From: the human T2T-CHM13v2.0 reference genome, Homo sapiens
DNA: 64,000 nucleotides
Direction: 5' to 3' (one strand)
Assembly: GCF_009914755.1 (NCBI RefSeq)
Contig: NC_060946.1
Shown here: positions 12,900 to 25,579 of the stretch, piece by piece
Layout: every line of letters starts with the position of its first letter
How positions within the stretch are numbered: position 1 is the first letter of the stretch
Position numbers and translations under genes: made by a program
The notes under the pieces: model-generated
Database searches by the model: none
Told to the model about the DNA's origin: nothing
The model's input: the letters and a program-made list of their open reading frames with translations, nothing else

Positions 12900-15650
12900 C
12901 TTTCCACTCCATTCCATTCCATTCCATTGCATTCCATTCCATTCCATTCCCTTCCATTCGGGTTTATTCCACTTCATTCCATTCCATTCCATTCCATTGC
13001 ATTCCATTCCTTTCCATTCCATTCCAGTTCTTTCCATTCCATTCCATTCCATTTGTGTTGATTCCATTCCATTCCATTCCATTCCTTTCCACTGCAATCC
13101 GTTACATTACATTCCACTCGGGTTGAATCCTTTGCTTTCCATTCCAATGCATTCCCTTCCATTCAATTCCACTCGGATTCAATCAATTCCGTTCCATTGC
13201 ATTCCGTTCTGTTCCACTCCATTCCATTGCATTCCATACCATTCCATTCCACCCGGGTTGATTCCATTGATTTCCATTCCATCCCATTCCATTCCATTCC
13301 ATTCCATTCTATTGCATTCCATTCCATTCCATTCCACTCGGGTTGATTCCATTCCATTCCTTTCCACTCCACTCGGGTTGATTCCATTCCATTCCATTCC
13401 ATTGCATTTCATTCCATTCCATTGCATTCCATTCCTTTCCATTCCACTCGTGTTGATTCCCTTCCATTCCATTCCATTCCATTGCATTTTTGTTGATTCC
13501 ATTCCGTTCCTTTCCATTTCATTCCATACCGTTCCATTCCATTCCATTCCGTTCCATTCCATTCGTGTTGATTCCATTCCATTCCATTCCACTCCATTCC
13601 AATCCATTACATTCCACAAGGGTTGAATCCATTCCTTGCCATTCCAATCCATTGCATTCCTTTCCAATCCATTCCATTCCATTCAATTCCACTTGGATTC
13701 AATCTATTCTTTCCATTCCATTCCGTTCTGTTCCATTCCATTCCAATGCATTAGATACCATTCCATTCCACTCGGGATGATTCCATTCAATTCCATTATA
13801 TTCCGTTCAATTCCTTTGCATTCCATTCCATTCCATTCCGCTTGGGTGGATTCCATTCCATTCCATTCCATTCCATTCCATTTATCTCGGGTTGATTCCA
13901 TTCCGTTCCTTTCCATTTTATTCCATTCCATTCCATTTCATTCCATTCCATTCCACTCCATTCCATTCCACTCCACTCCGGTTGATTCCACTCCATTCCA
14001 TTCCATTTCATTCCATTCCACTTCACTCGAGTTGATTCCATTCCATTCCATTGCATTTTATTCCATTCCATTCCGTTCCTTTCCTTTCCATTCCATACCA
14101 TTCCACGCGGGTTGATTCCATACCATTCCATTCCATTCCATTCCATGAAATTCCATTCCATTCCACTCCACTCGGGTTGATTCCTTTCCATTCCATTCTA
14201 TTCCATTCCATTCCATTCCATTCCATTCCATTCCATTCCATTCCATTCCATTCGGGTTTATTCCATTCCATTCCATTGCATTCCATTCCATTCCATTCCA
14301 TTGCATTCCATTCCATTCCATTCCCTTCCATTCGGGTTTATTCCATTTCATTCCATTCCATTCCATTCCATTGCATTCCATTCCTTTCCATTCCATTCCA
14401 GTTCATTCCATTCCATTCCATTCCATTTGTGTTGATTCCATTCCATTCCATTCCATTCCTTTCCACTGCAATCCATTACATTACATTCCACTCGGGTTGA
14501 ATCCTTTGCATTCCATTCCAATGCATTCCCTTCCATTCAATTCCACTCAGATTCAATCAATTCCACTCCATTGCATTCCGTTCTGTTCCACTCCATTCCA
14601 TTGCATTCCATACCAATCCATTCCACTCGGGTTGATTCCATTGATTTCCATTCCATTCCATTCCATTCCATTCCATTCCATTCTATTGCATTCCATTCCA
14701 TTCCATTCCACTCGGGTTGATTCCATTCCATTCCTTTCCACTCCACTCGGGTTGATTCCATTCCATTCCATTCCATTCCATTCCATTGCATTTCATTCCA
14801 TTCCATTGCATTCCATTCCTTTCCATTCCACTCGTGTTGATTCCCTTCCATTCCATTCCATTCCATTGCATTTTTGTTGATTCCATTCCGTTCCTTTCCA
14901 TTTCATTCCATACCGTTCCATTCCATTCCATTCCGTTCCATTCCATTCGTGTTGATTCCATTCCATTCCATTCCACTCCATTCCAATCCATTACATTCCA
15001 CAAGGGTTGAATCCATTCCTTGCCATTCCAATCCATTCCATTCCTTTCCAATCCATTCCATTCCATTCAATTCCACTTGGATTCAATCTATTCTTTCCAT
15101 TCCATTCCGTTCTGTTCCATTCCATTCCATTGCATTAGATACCATTCCATTCCACTCGTGATGATTCCATTCAATTCCATTATATTCCGTCCAATTCCTT
15201 TGCATTCCATTCCATTCCATTCCGCTTGGGTGGATTCCATTCCATTCCATTGCATTCCATTCCATTTATCTCGGGTTGATTCCGTTCCATTCCATTCCAA
15301 TCCTTTCCATTCCATTCCATTCCATTTCATTCCATTCCATTCCACTCCATTCCATTCCACTCCACTCCGGTTGATTCCACTCCATTCCATTCCATTTCAT
15401 TCCATTCCACTTCACTCGAGTTGATTCCATTCCATTCCATTGCATTTTATTCCATTCCATTCCGTTCCTTTCCTTTCCATTCCATACCATTCCACGCGGG
15501 TTGATTCCATACCATTCCATTCCATTCCATTCCATGAAATTCCATTCCATTCCACTCCACTCGGGTTGATTCCTTTCCATTCCATTCTATTCCATTCCAT
15601 TCCATTCCATTCCATTCCATTCCATTCGGGTTTATTCCATTCCATTCCAT
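12900..15650 (+). repeat. Tandem pair of ~1.38 kb module D
   Basis: CACTGCAATC, CACAAGGG, ATTAGATACC, CCACGCGGG and CCATGAAATT each recur ~1.37-1.39 kb apart. Confidence 0.88.
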
Positions 15651-16729
15651 TGCATTCCATTCCATTCCATTCCATTCCATTCGGGTTTATTCCATTCCAT
15701 TCCATTCCATTACATTCCATTCCACTCCACTCCATTCCATTCTATTCCACTCCACTCAATTCCATTCCATTCCACTCGGGTTGATTCCGTTCCATTCCAT
15801 TCCAATCCATTCCATTCCATTCCATTCCATTCCATTCCATTCCATTCGGGTTCATTCCATTCCATTCCATTCCATTGCTTTCCATTCCATTCCATTCCGT
15901 TCCATTCCATTCCATTCCATTCCATTCCACTCGGGTTGATTCCATTCCATTCCATTCCATTCCATTCCCTTCCATTCCATTCCATTATTTTCTAATCGGG
16001 TTGATTCCAATCCATTCCATTATATTCAAGTCCTTTCCATTCCATGCCATTCTACTCGGGTTGTTTCCATTTTGTTGTATTCCATTCCATTCCATTCAAT
16101 TCCATTCCATTCCATTCCATTCCATTCCATTGCATTCCATTCCACTCGGGTTGTTTCCGTTCCGTTCCATTTGTTTCCATTCCATTCCATTCCTTTCAAT
16201 TCCATTCCATTCCATTCCATTCCTTTCCACTGAGGGTGATTCCATTCCATTGATTCCAATGCATTCCATTCCAGTTGATACCATTGCTTTGCATTGTTTC
16301 CATTTCAATCCATTCCATTACATTACATTCCACTCCACTCGGTTTGATTCATTTCCATTCCACTCCATTCCATTCCATTCCATTCCATTCCTGTCGCGAT
16401 GATTCCATTCAATTCCATGGCCTTTTATTCCATTCCATTCCATTCCATTCCATTCCATTCCATTCCTTTCCACTCGGGTTGATTCCATTCCATTCAATTG
16501 CATTCCGTTCCGTTCCATTCCATTCCATTTCATTCCATTGCATTCCATTCCATTACATTACAAGGCATTCCATTCCACTCGGGTTGTTTCCACTACATTC
16601 CAGTAGTTTCAATTCCATTCCATTCCATTCCATTCCATTTCATTCCATTCCACTCGGTTTGATTCATTTCCATTCCAATCCATTCCATTCCATTCCATTC
16701 CATTCCATTCCATTCCATTCCGTTCCATT

Positions 16730-19700
16730 CCAATCGGGTTGATTCCATCCCATTCCACTCCATTCCATTCCATTCAACTCCATTCCATTCCATTTCACTC
16801 CATTACATTCCATTCCATTCCACCCGGATTGAATCCATTCCATTCCATTCCATTGCATTCCATTCCATTCCATTCCATTCCATTCCGTTCCATTCCAATC
16901 GGGTTGATTCCATCCCATTCCACTCCATTCCATTCCATTCAACTCCATTCCATTCCATTTCACTCCATTATATTCCATTCCATTCCACCCGGATTGAATC
17001 CATTCCATTCCATTCCATTGCATTCCATTCCATTCCATTCCATTCCGTTCCATTCCAATCGGGTTGATTCCATCCCATTCCACTCCATTCCATTCCATTC
17101 AACTCCATTCCATTCCATTTCACTCCATTACATTACATTCCATTCCACCCGGATTGAATCTATTCCATTCCATTCCATTCCATTCCATTCCATTCCATTC
17201 CCTTACATTACATTCCAGTTGATTTCATTGGATTCGATTCCGTTCCATTCCATTCCATTCCATTCCATTCCACTCGAGTTGATTCCAATCCATTCCATTG
17301 CATTACATTCCATTTCATTCCAATCGTGTGGATTCCATTCCAATCCATTCCATTCCACTCGGGTTGATTCCATTCCGTTCCTTTCCATTCCATTCCATTC
17401 CATTCCATTTCATTCCATTCCGTTCCATTCCATTCGTGTTGATTGCATTCTATTCCACTCCAATCCATTCCATTCCATTCCAATCCATTCCATTGCATTA
17501 AATTCCACTCGCATTCAATCTGTTCCATACCATTTCATTCCGTTCTGTTCCATTCCATTCTATTGGATTCCATACCATTCCATTCCACTCGGGTTGATTC
17601 CATTCCATTCCATTCCATTCCAATCCATTCCTTTCCGTTCCGTTCCGTTCCATTCCATTCCATTCCATTAAATTCCATTCCATTCCATTCCATTCCATTC
17701 TATTCCATTCCATTCTATTCCATTCCATTCCATTCCACTCGAGTTGATTCCAATCCATTCCATTGCATTACATTCCATTTCATTCCAATCGTGTGGATTC
17801 CATTCCAATCCATTCCATTCCACTCGGGTTGATTCCATTCCGTTCCTTTCCATTCCATTCCATTCCATTCCATTTCATTCCATTCCGTTCCATTCCATTC
17901 GTGTTGATTGCATTGTATTCCACTCCAATCCATTCCATTCTATTCCAATCCATTCCATTCCATTAAATTCCACTCGCATTCAATCTATTCCATACCATTT
18001 CATTCCGTTCTGTTCCATTCCATTCTATTGGATTCCATACCATTCCATTCCACTCGGGATGATTCCATTCCATTCCACTATATTCCGTTCCATTCCAATA
18101 CTTTCCACTCCACTCGGGTTGATTCCATTCCATTCCATTCCATTCCTTTCCATTCCACTCGGGTTGTTTCCTTTCCATTCCTTTACATTTCATTCTATTC
18201 CATTCCATTCTATTCCATTCCATTCCACTCCATTCCATTCCATTCCTCTCCGGTTATTCCATTCCATTCCATTCCATTCCACTCGGGTTGCTTCCATTCC
18301 GTTCCATTACATTTTATTCCATTCCATTCCATTACATTACATTCCATTCTATACCATTCCACTCGGGTTGATTCCATACCATTCTATGCCATTCCATTCC
18401 ATTAAATTCCATTCCATTCTATTCCACTCGTGTTGATTCCATTCCATTGCATTCCATTCCATTCCATTCCATTCCATTCCATACCATTCCACCAAAGTTG
18501 ATTGCATGTTATTCCATTCCATTCCATTCCATTCCACTCGGGTAGATTCCATACAATTCCATTCCATTGATTCCTTTCCATTCCATTCCATTCCAGTCGG
18601 GTTGTTTCCATTCCATTCCTTTCCATTCCATTCCTCTCGGGTTGATTCCGTTGCATTCCATTCCATTCCATTGCACTTGGGTTGATTCCAGTCCCTAACA
18701 TTGCATTCCATTCCATTCCATTCCATTCCATTAGTTTCTAATCGGGTTGATTCCAATCCATTCCATTATATTCAAGTCCTTTCCGTTCCATGCCATTCCA
18801 CTCGGGTTGTTTCCATTTTGTTGTATTCCATTCCATTCCATTCCATTCCATTGCATTCCATTCCATTCCATTGCATTCCATTCCACTCGGGTTGTTTCCA
18901 TTCCTTTCCATTAGTTTCCATTCCATTCCATTCCTTTCCATTCCATTCCATTCCATTCATTTCCACTCAGGGTGATTCCATTCCATTCCATTAAAATGCA
19001 TTCCATTCCTGTTGATAGCATTGCATTGCATTGTTTCCATTCCATTCCATTCCATTACACTCGGTTTGATTCAATTCCATTCCATTCCATTCCATTCCAT
19101 TCCATTCCATTACACTCGGTTTGATTCAATTCCATTCCATTCCATTCCATTCCATTCCATTACACTCGGTTTGATTCATTTCCATTCCATTCCATTCCAT
19201 TCCATTCCATTCCATTCCATTCCATTCCATTCCATTCCTCTCAGTTTGAAGCCATTCCATTCCATGCCCCTTTATTTCATTCCATTTCATTCCATTCCAT
19301 TCCATACCATTGCGCCAACGTTGATTGCATGCTATTCCATTCCATACCATTCCATTCCATTTTTTTAGACTTGGGTTGATTCCATTCCATTCAATTCCGT
19401 TCGGTTCCGTTCCATTCTTTTGCATTCCTTTGCATTTCATTCCATTGCATTCCACTGGGGTTGATTCCATTCCATTCCATTCCATACCATTCCATTCCAT
19501 TCCATTGCATTCCATTCCATACACTTCGGGTTGATTCCTTTCCATTCAATTCCATTTCATACAATTCCACTCCATTCCGTTCCATTCCATTCGGGTTGAT
19601 TCTGTTCCATTCCATGACCTTTTATTCCATTCCAGTCCATTCCATTCCATTCCATTCCATTCCATACCATTCCACCAAAGTTGATTGCATGTTATTCCAT

Positions 19701-21197
19701 TCCATTCCATTCCATTCCATTCCACTCGGGTAGATTCCATACAATTCCATTCCATTGATTCCTTTCCATTCCATTCCATTCCAGTCGGGTTGTTTCCATT
19801 CCATTCCTTTCCATTCCATTCCATTCCATTCCTTTCCATTCCATTCCTCTCGGGTTGATTCCGTTGCATTCCATTCCATTCCATTGCACTTGGGTTGATT
19901 CCAGTCCCTAACATTGCATTCCATGCCATTCCATTCCATTCCATTAGTTTCTAATCATGTTGATTCCAATCCATTCCATTTTATTCAAGTCCTTTCCATT
20001 CCATGCCATTCTATTCGGGTTGTTTCCATTTTGTTGTATTCCATTCCATTCCATTCCATTCCATTCCATTCCATTCCATTCCATTGCATTGCATTCCATT
20101 CCACTCGGGTGTTTCCATTCCTTTCCATTAGTTTGCATTCCATTCCATTCCTTTCCATTCCATTCCATTCCATTCATTTCCACTCAGGGTGATTCCATTC
20201 CATTCCATTAAAATGCATTCCATTCCTGTTGATAGCATTGCATTGCATTGTTTCCATTCCATTCTATTCCATTCCATTCCATTCCATTACACTCGGTTTG
20301 ATTCAATTCCATTCAATTCCATTCCATTCCATTCCATTCCATTACACTCGGTTTGATTCAATTCCATTCAATTCCATTCCATTCCATTCCATTCCATTAC
20401 ACTCGGTTTGATTCATTTCCATTCCATTCCATTCCATTCCATTCCATTCCATTCCTCTCAGTATGAAGCCATTCCATTCCATGCCCCTTTATTTCATTCC
20501 ATTCCATTCCATTCCATTCCATTCCATTCCATTCCATTCCATACCATTGCGCCAACGTTGATTGCATGCTATTCCATTCCATACCATTCCATTCCATTTT
20601 TTTAGACTTGGGTTGATTCCATTCCATTCAATTCCGTTCGGTCCCGTTCCATTCCTTTCCATTCCATTCCATTTCATTCCATTGCATTCCACTGAGGTTG
20701 ATTCCATTCCATTCCATTCCATTCCATACCATTCCATTCCATTCCATTTCATTCCATTCCATACACTTCGGGTTGATTCCTTTCCATTCAATTCCATTCC
20801 ATACAATTCCACTCCATTCCGTTCCATTCCATTCGGATTGATTCTGTTCCATTCCATGACTTTTTATTCCATTCCATTCCATTCCATTCCATTCCATTCC
20901 ATTCCATACCATTCCACCAAAGTTGATTGCATGTTATTCCATTCCATTCCATTCCATTCCATTCCACTCGGGTAGATTCCATACAATTCCATTCCATTGA
21001 TTCCTTTCCATTCCATTCCATTCCAGTCGGGTTGTTTCCATTCCATTCCTTTCCATTCCATTCCATTCCATTCCTTTCCATTCCGTTCCTCTCAGGTTGA
21101 TTCCGTTGCATTCCATTCCATTCCATTGCACTTGGGTTGATTCCTGTCCCTAACATTGCATTCCATTCCATTCCATGCCATTCCATTCCATTCCATT
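16730..21197 (+). repeat. Young HOR copy 3, rearranged and truncated (~4.5 kb)
   Basis: Same start motif. Offset from copy 2 is ~9.06 kb (TGTGGATTCC 8734/17792), then ~7.69 kb (AGTTTCTAAT 11043/18733). It ends in ~1.2 kb units and grades into diverged sequence after 21198. Confidence 0.85.
18480..21197 (+). repeat. Module B: partial tail plus two full ~1.2 kb copies
   Basis: GTCCCTAACA at ~18691, ~19904, ~21146; AGTTTCTAAT at 18733, 19946, 21198; CGCCAACG at 19313, 20550. Confidence 0.88.
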
Positions 21198-22019
21198 AGT
21201 TTCTAATCAGGTTGATTCCAATCCATTCCATTTTATTCAAGTCCTTTCCATTCCATGCCATTCTACTCGGTTTGTTTCCATTTTATTGTATTCCATTCCA
21301 TTCCATTCCATTCCATTCCATTCCATTCCATTCCATTCCATTCCATTCCGTTCCATTGCATTCCATTCCACTCGGGTTGTTTCCATTCCTTTCCATTAGT
21401 TTCCATTCCATTCCATTGTTTTCCATTCCATTCCATTACATTCCTTTCCAGTCAGGGTAATTCTATTCCATTCCATTCCAATGCATTCCATTCCAGTTGA
21501 TACCATTGCATTGCATTGTTTCCATTCCATTCCATTCCATTCCATTTCATCCCATTCCACTCGGTTTGATTCATTTCTATTCCATTCCGTTCCATTCCAT
21601 TTCTCTCGTGTTGATTCCATTCCATTCCATGCCCCTTTATTCCATTCCATTCCATTCCATTCCATTCCATTCCATTCCATTCCATTCCTTTCCACTTGTG
21701 TTGATTCCATTCCATTCAATTCCGTTCCGTTCCTTTCCGTTCCGTTCCGTTCCGTTCCATTCCATTCCATTCCATTCCATTTCATTCCATTGCATTCCAC
21801 TCGGGTTGATTCCATTCCATTCCATTCCATTCCATTCCATGCCATTCCATTCCATACCCTTCGGGTTGATTCCTTTCCATTCCATTCCATTCCATTCCAT
21901 ACAATTCCTCTCCATTCCGTTCCATTCCATTCGGGTTGATTCTGTTCCATTCCATGCCCTTTTATTCCATTCCATTGCATTCCATTCCATTCCATTCTGT
22001 TCCATTCCATTCCATTCCA

Positions 22020-23950
22020 TTCCATTCCATAGCATTCCACCAAAGTTGGTTGCGTATTGTTCCATTCCGTTCCATTCCATTCCAATCCATTCGATTCCAT
22101 TCCATTCCATTTCTTTCCTCTCTGGTTGATTCCATTCAATTCAATCCCGTTCCGTTCCGTTCTGTTCCATTCCATTCCATTCCATTTCATTCCATTGCAT
22201 TGCACTAAAGTTTCTTCCATTCTTTGCATTCCATTCCATTCCATTCAATTCCATACCCTTCGGGTTGATTCCTTTCCATTCCATTCCATTCCATTCCATA
22301 CCATTCCACTCCATTCCGTTCCATTCCTTTCGGGTTGATTCCGTTCCATTCCATGCCCTTTTATTCCATTCCCTTCAATTCCATTCCATTCCATTCCATT
22401 CCATTCCATTCCATACCATTCCACGAAATTTGTTTGCATGTTATTCCATTCCATTCCATTCCCTTCCATTCCATTCCATTCCTTTCCACTCGTGTTGATT
22501 CCATTCCTTTCAATTCCGTTCCGTTCGATTCCGTTCCGTTCCTTTCCATTCCATTGCATTCCTCTCAGGTTGATTTCATTCCATTCCATTCCATTCCATT
22601 GAATTCCACTTGGGTTGATTCCATTGCATTCCATTCCATTCCATTCCATTGCATTCCATTCCATACCGTTCGGGTTGATTCCTTTCCATTCCATTCCATT
22701 GCACACCATTCCACTCCATTCCGTTCCATTCCATTCGGGTTGATTCCATTCCATTCCTTTCCGTTCCATTCCATTCCATACCATTCCACTAGGGTTGATT
22801 CCATACCATTCCATTTCATTGCATTCCATTCCATTCCATTCCACTCGGGTTGATTCCATTCCATTCCATTCCATTCCATTCCATTCCATTGCATTCCATT
22901 CCATTCCATTCCATTCCATTCCACTGCATTCCATTACATTCCATTCAACTCCGGTTAATTCCGATCCATTCCATTCCAATCCATTCCATTCCATTGCATT
23001 GGGGTCCATTCCATTCCATTCCGTTCCGTTCTGTTCAATTGCATTCAATTCCATTCCATTGCATTCCATACCATTCCAATCCATTGCATTCCATTCATTC
23101 CGTTCCATTCCATTCCATTCCATTCCATTCCATTCCAGTCGGGTTGATTACATTCCATTCCTTTACATTCCATTCCATGCCATTCCATTCCATTCCATTC
23201 CATTTAACTCGGGTTGTTTCCATTCCATTCCAGTAGTTTTCATTCCATTCTATTCCATTCCATTCCGTTCCATTCCATTCCATTCCATTCCATTTGACTC
23301 AGGGTGATTCCGTTCCATTCCATTCCATTCCATTCCATTCCATTCCATTCCATTCCAGTTGATTCCATTGCATTCCATTCCGTTCCATTCCATTCCATTC
23401 CATTCCATTCCATTCCATTCCACTCTGGTTGAAACCACTCCATTCCATTCCATTCCATTCCATTCCATTCCATTCCCTTCTACTCAGGTTGATTCCTTTC
23501 CATTCCATTACATTTTATTCCACTCCACTCGGGTTGATTTCATTCCATTCCTTTCCATTGCATTACATTCCATTGCATTCCACTTGTGTTGATTCCATTG
23601 CATTCCATTCCATTCCACTCCATTCCATTCCATTTCATTCTATTCCAGTTGATTCCATTCCTTTCCATTCCATTCCACTCCATTCCATTCCATTCCATTC
23701 TACTCGGGTTGATTTCATTCCATTCCAGTCCATTCCGTTCCATTCCATTCCATTCCATTCCATTCCATTCCATTCCATTCCCTTTCATTCCATTCCATTT
23801 CATTCCACTTCTGTTTATTCCTTTCCACTCCATTCCATTCCATTCCATTGCATTCCATTCCATTCCATTCCCTTCCATTCGGATTTATTCCATTTCATTC
23901 CATTCCATTCCATTCCATTGCATTCCATTCCTTTCCATTCCATTCCAGTT
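22020..23950 (+). repeat. Block duplicated at ~28.8-30.55 kb (first copy)
   Basis: TGCACTAAAG 22201/28988, CCACGAAATTTG 22421/29203, GCACACC 22701/29487, TTGACTCAGG 23294/29911. Confidence 0.85.
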
Positions 23951-25579
23951 CATTCCATTCCATTCCATTCCATTTGTGTTGATTCCATTCCATTCCATTC
24001 CATTCCTTTCCACTGCAATCCATTAAATTACATTCCACTCGGGTTGAATCCTTTGCATTCCATTCCAATGCATTCCCTTCCATTCAATTCCACTCGGATT
24101 CAATCAATTCCATTCCATTGCATTCCGTTCTGTTCCACTCCATTCCATTGCATTCCATACCATTCCATTCCACTCGGGTTGATTCCATTGATTTCCATTC
24201 CATTCCATTCCATTCCATTCTATTGCATTCCATTCCATTCCATTCCACTCGGGTTGATTCCATTCCATTCCTTTCCACTCCTCTCGGGTTGATTCCATTC
24301 CATTCCATTCCATTCCATTCCATTGCATTTCATTCCATTCCATTGCATTCCATTCCTTTCCATTCCACTCGGGTTGATTCCCTTCCATTCCATTCCATTC
24401 CATTGCATTTTTGTTGATTCCATTCCGTTCCTTTCCATTTCATTCCATACCGTTCCATTCCATTCCATTCCGTTCCATTCCATTCGTGTTGATTCCATTC
24501 CATTCCATTCCACTCCATTCCAATCCATTACATTCCACAAGGGTTGAATCCATTCCTTTCCATTCCAATCGATTCCATTCCTTTCCAATCCATTCCATTC
24601 CATTCAATTCCACTTGGATTCAATCTATTCTTTCCATTCCATTCCGTTCTGTTCCATTCCATTCCATTGCATTAGATACCATTCCATTCCACTCGTGATG
24701 ATTCCATTCAATTCCATTATATTCCGTTCAATTCCTTTGCATTCCATTCCATTCCATTCCGCTTGGGTGGATTCCATTCCATTCCATTCCATTCCATTTC
24801 TCTCGGGTTGATTCCATTCCGTTCCTTTCCATTTCATTCCATTCCATTCCATTTCATTCCATTCCATTCCACTCCACTCCATTCCATTCCACTCCACTCC
24901 AGTTGATTCCACTCCATTCCATTCCATTTCATTCCATTCCATTTCACTCGAGTTGATTCCATTCCATTCCATTGCATTTTATTCCATTCCATTCCGTTCC
25001 TTTCCTTTCCATTCCATACCATTCCATGCGGGTTGATTCAATACCATTCCACTCCATTCCATTCCATGAAATTCCATTCCATTCCACTCCACTCATGTAG
25101 ATTCCTTTCCATTCCATTTTATTCCATTCCATTCCATTCCATTCCATTCCATTCCATTCCATTCCATTCCATTCCATTCGGGTTTATTCCATTCCATTCC
25201 ATTCCATTCCATTCCATTCCATTCCATTCCATTCGGGTTTATTCCATTCCATTCCATTCCATTCCATTCCATTCCATTCCATTCCATTCCACTCCACTCA
25301 ATTCCATTCCATTCCACTCGGGTTGATTCCGTTCCATTCCATTCCAATCCATTCCATTCCATTCCATTCCATTCCATTCCATTCCATTCCATTCCATTCC
25401 ATTCGGGTTCATTTCATTCCATTCCATTCCATTCCATTCCTTTCCATTCCATTCCATTCCATTCCATTCCATTGCATTCCATTCCATTCCATTCCATTCC
25501 ATTCCATTCCATTCCATTGCATTCCATTCCATTCCATTCCATTCCATTCCATTCCATTCCATTCCATTCCATTCCATTC

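Larger units (their letters stand above)
7842..16729 (+). repeat. Young HOR copy 2, ~8.9 kb (has an extra ~1.38 kb module)
   Basis: Colinear with copy 1 at ~7.48-7.52 kb offset up to ~14.2 kb, then at ~8.9 kb offset. CACAAGGGTTGAATCC and ATTAGATACC each occur twice (GGG at 13620/15004; 13750/15134). Confidence 0.9.

Noticed and set aside
14270-18500. ~1.38 kb gain in copy 2 nearly cancelling the ~1.37 kb loss in copy 3
   Set aside because: Different modules are involved and it is a single instance, so coincidence is sufficient.
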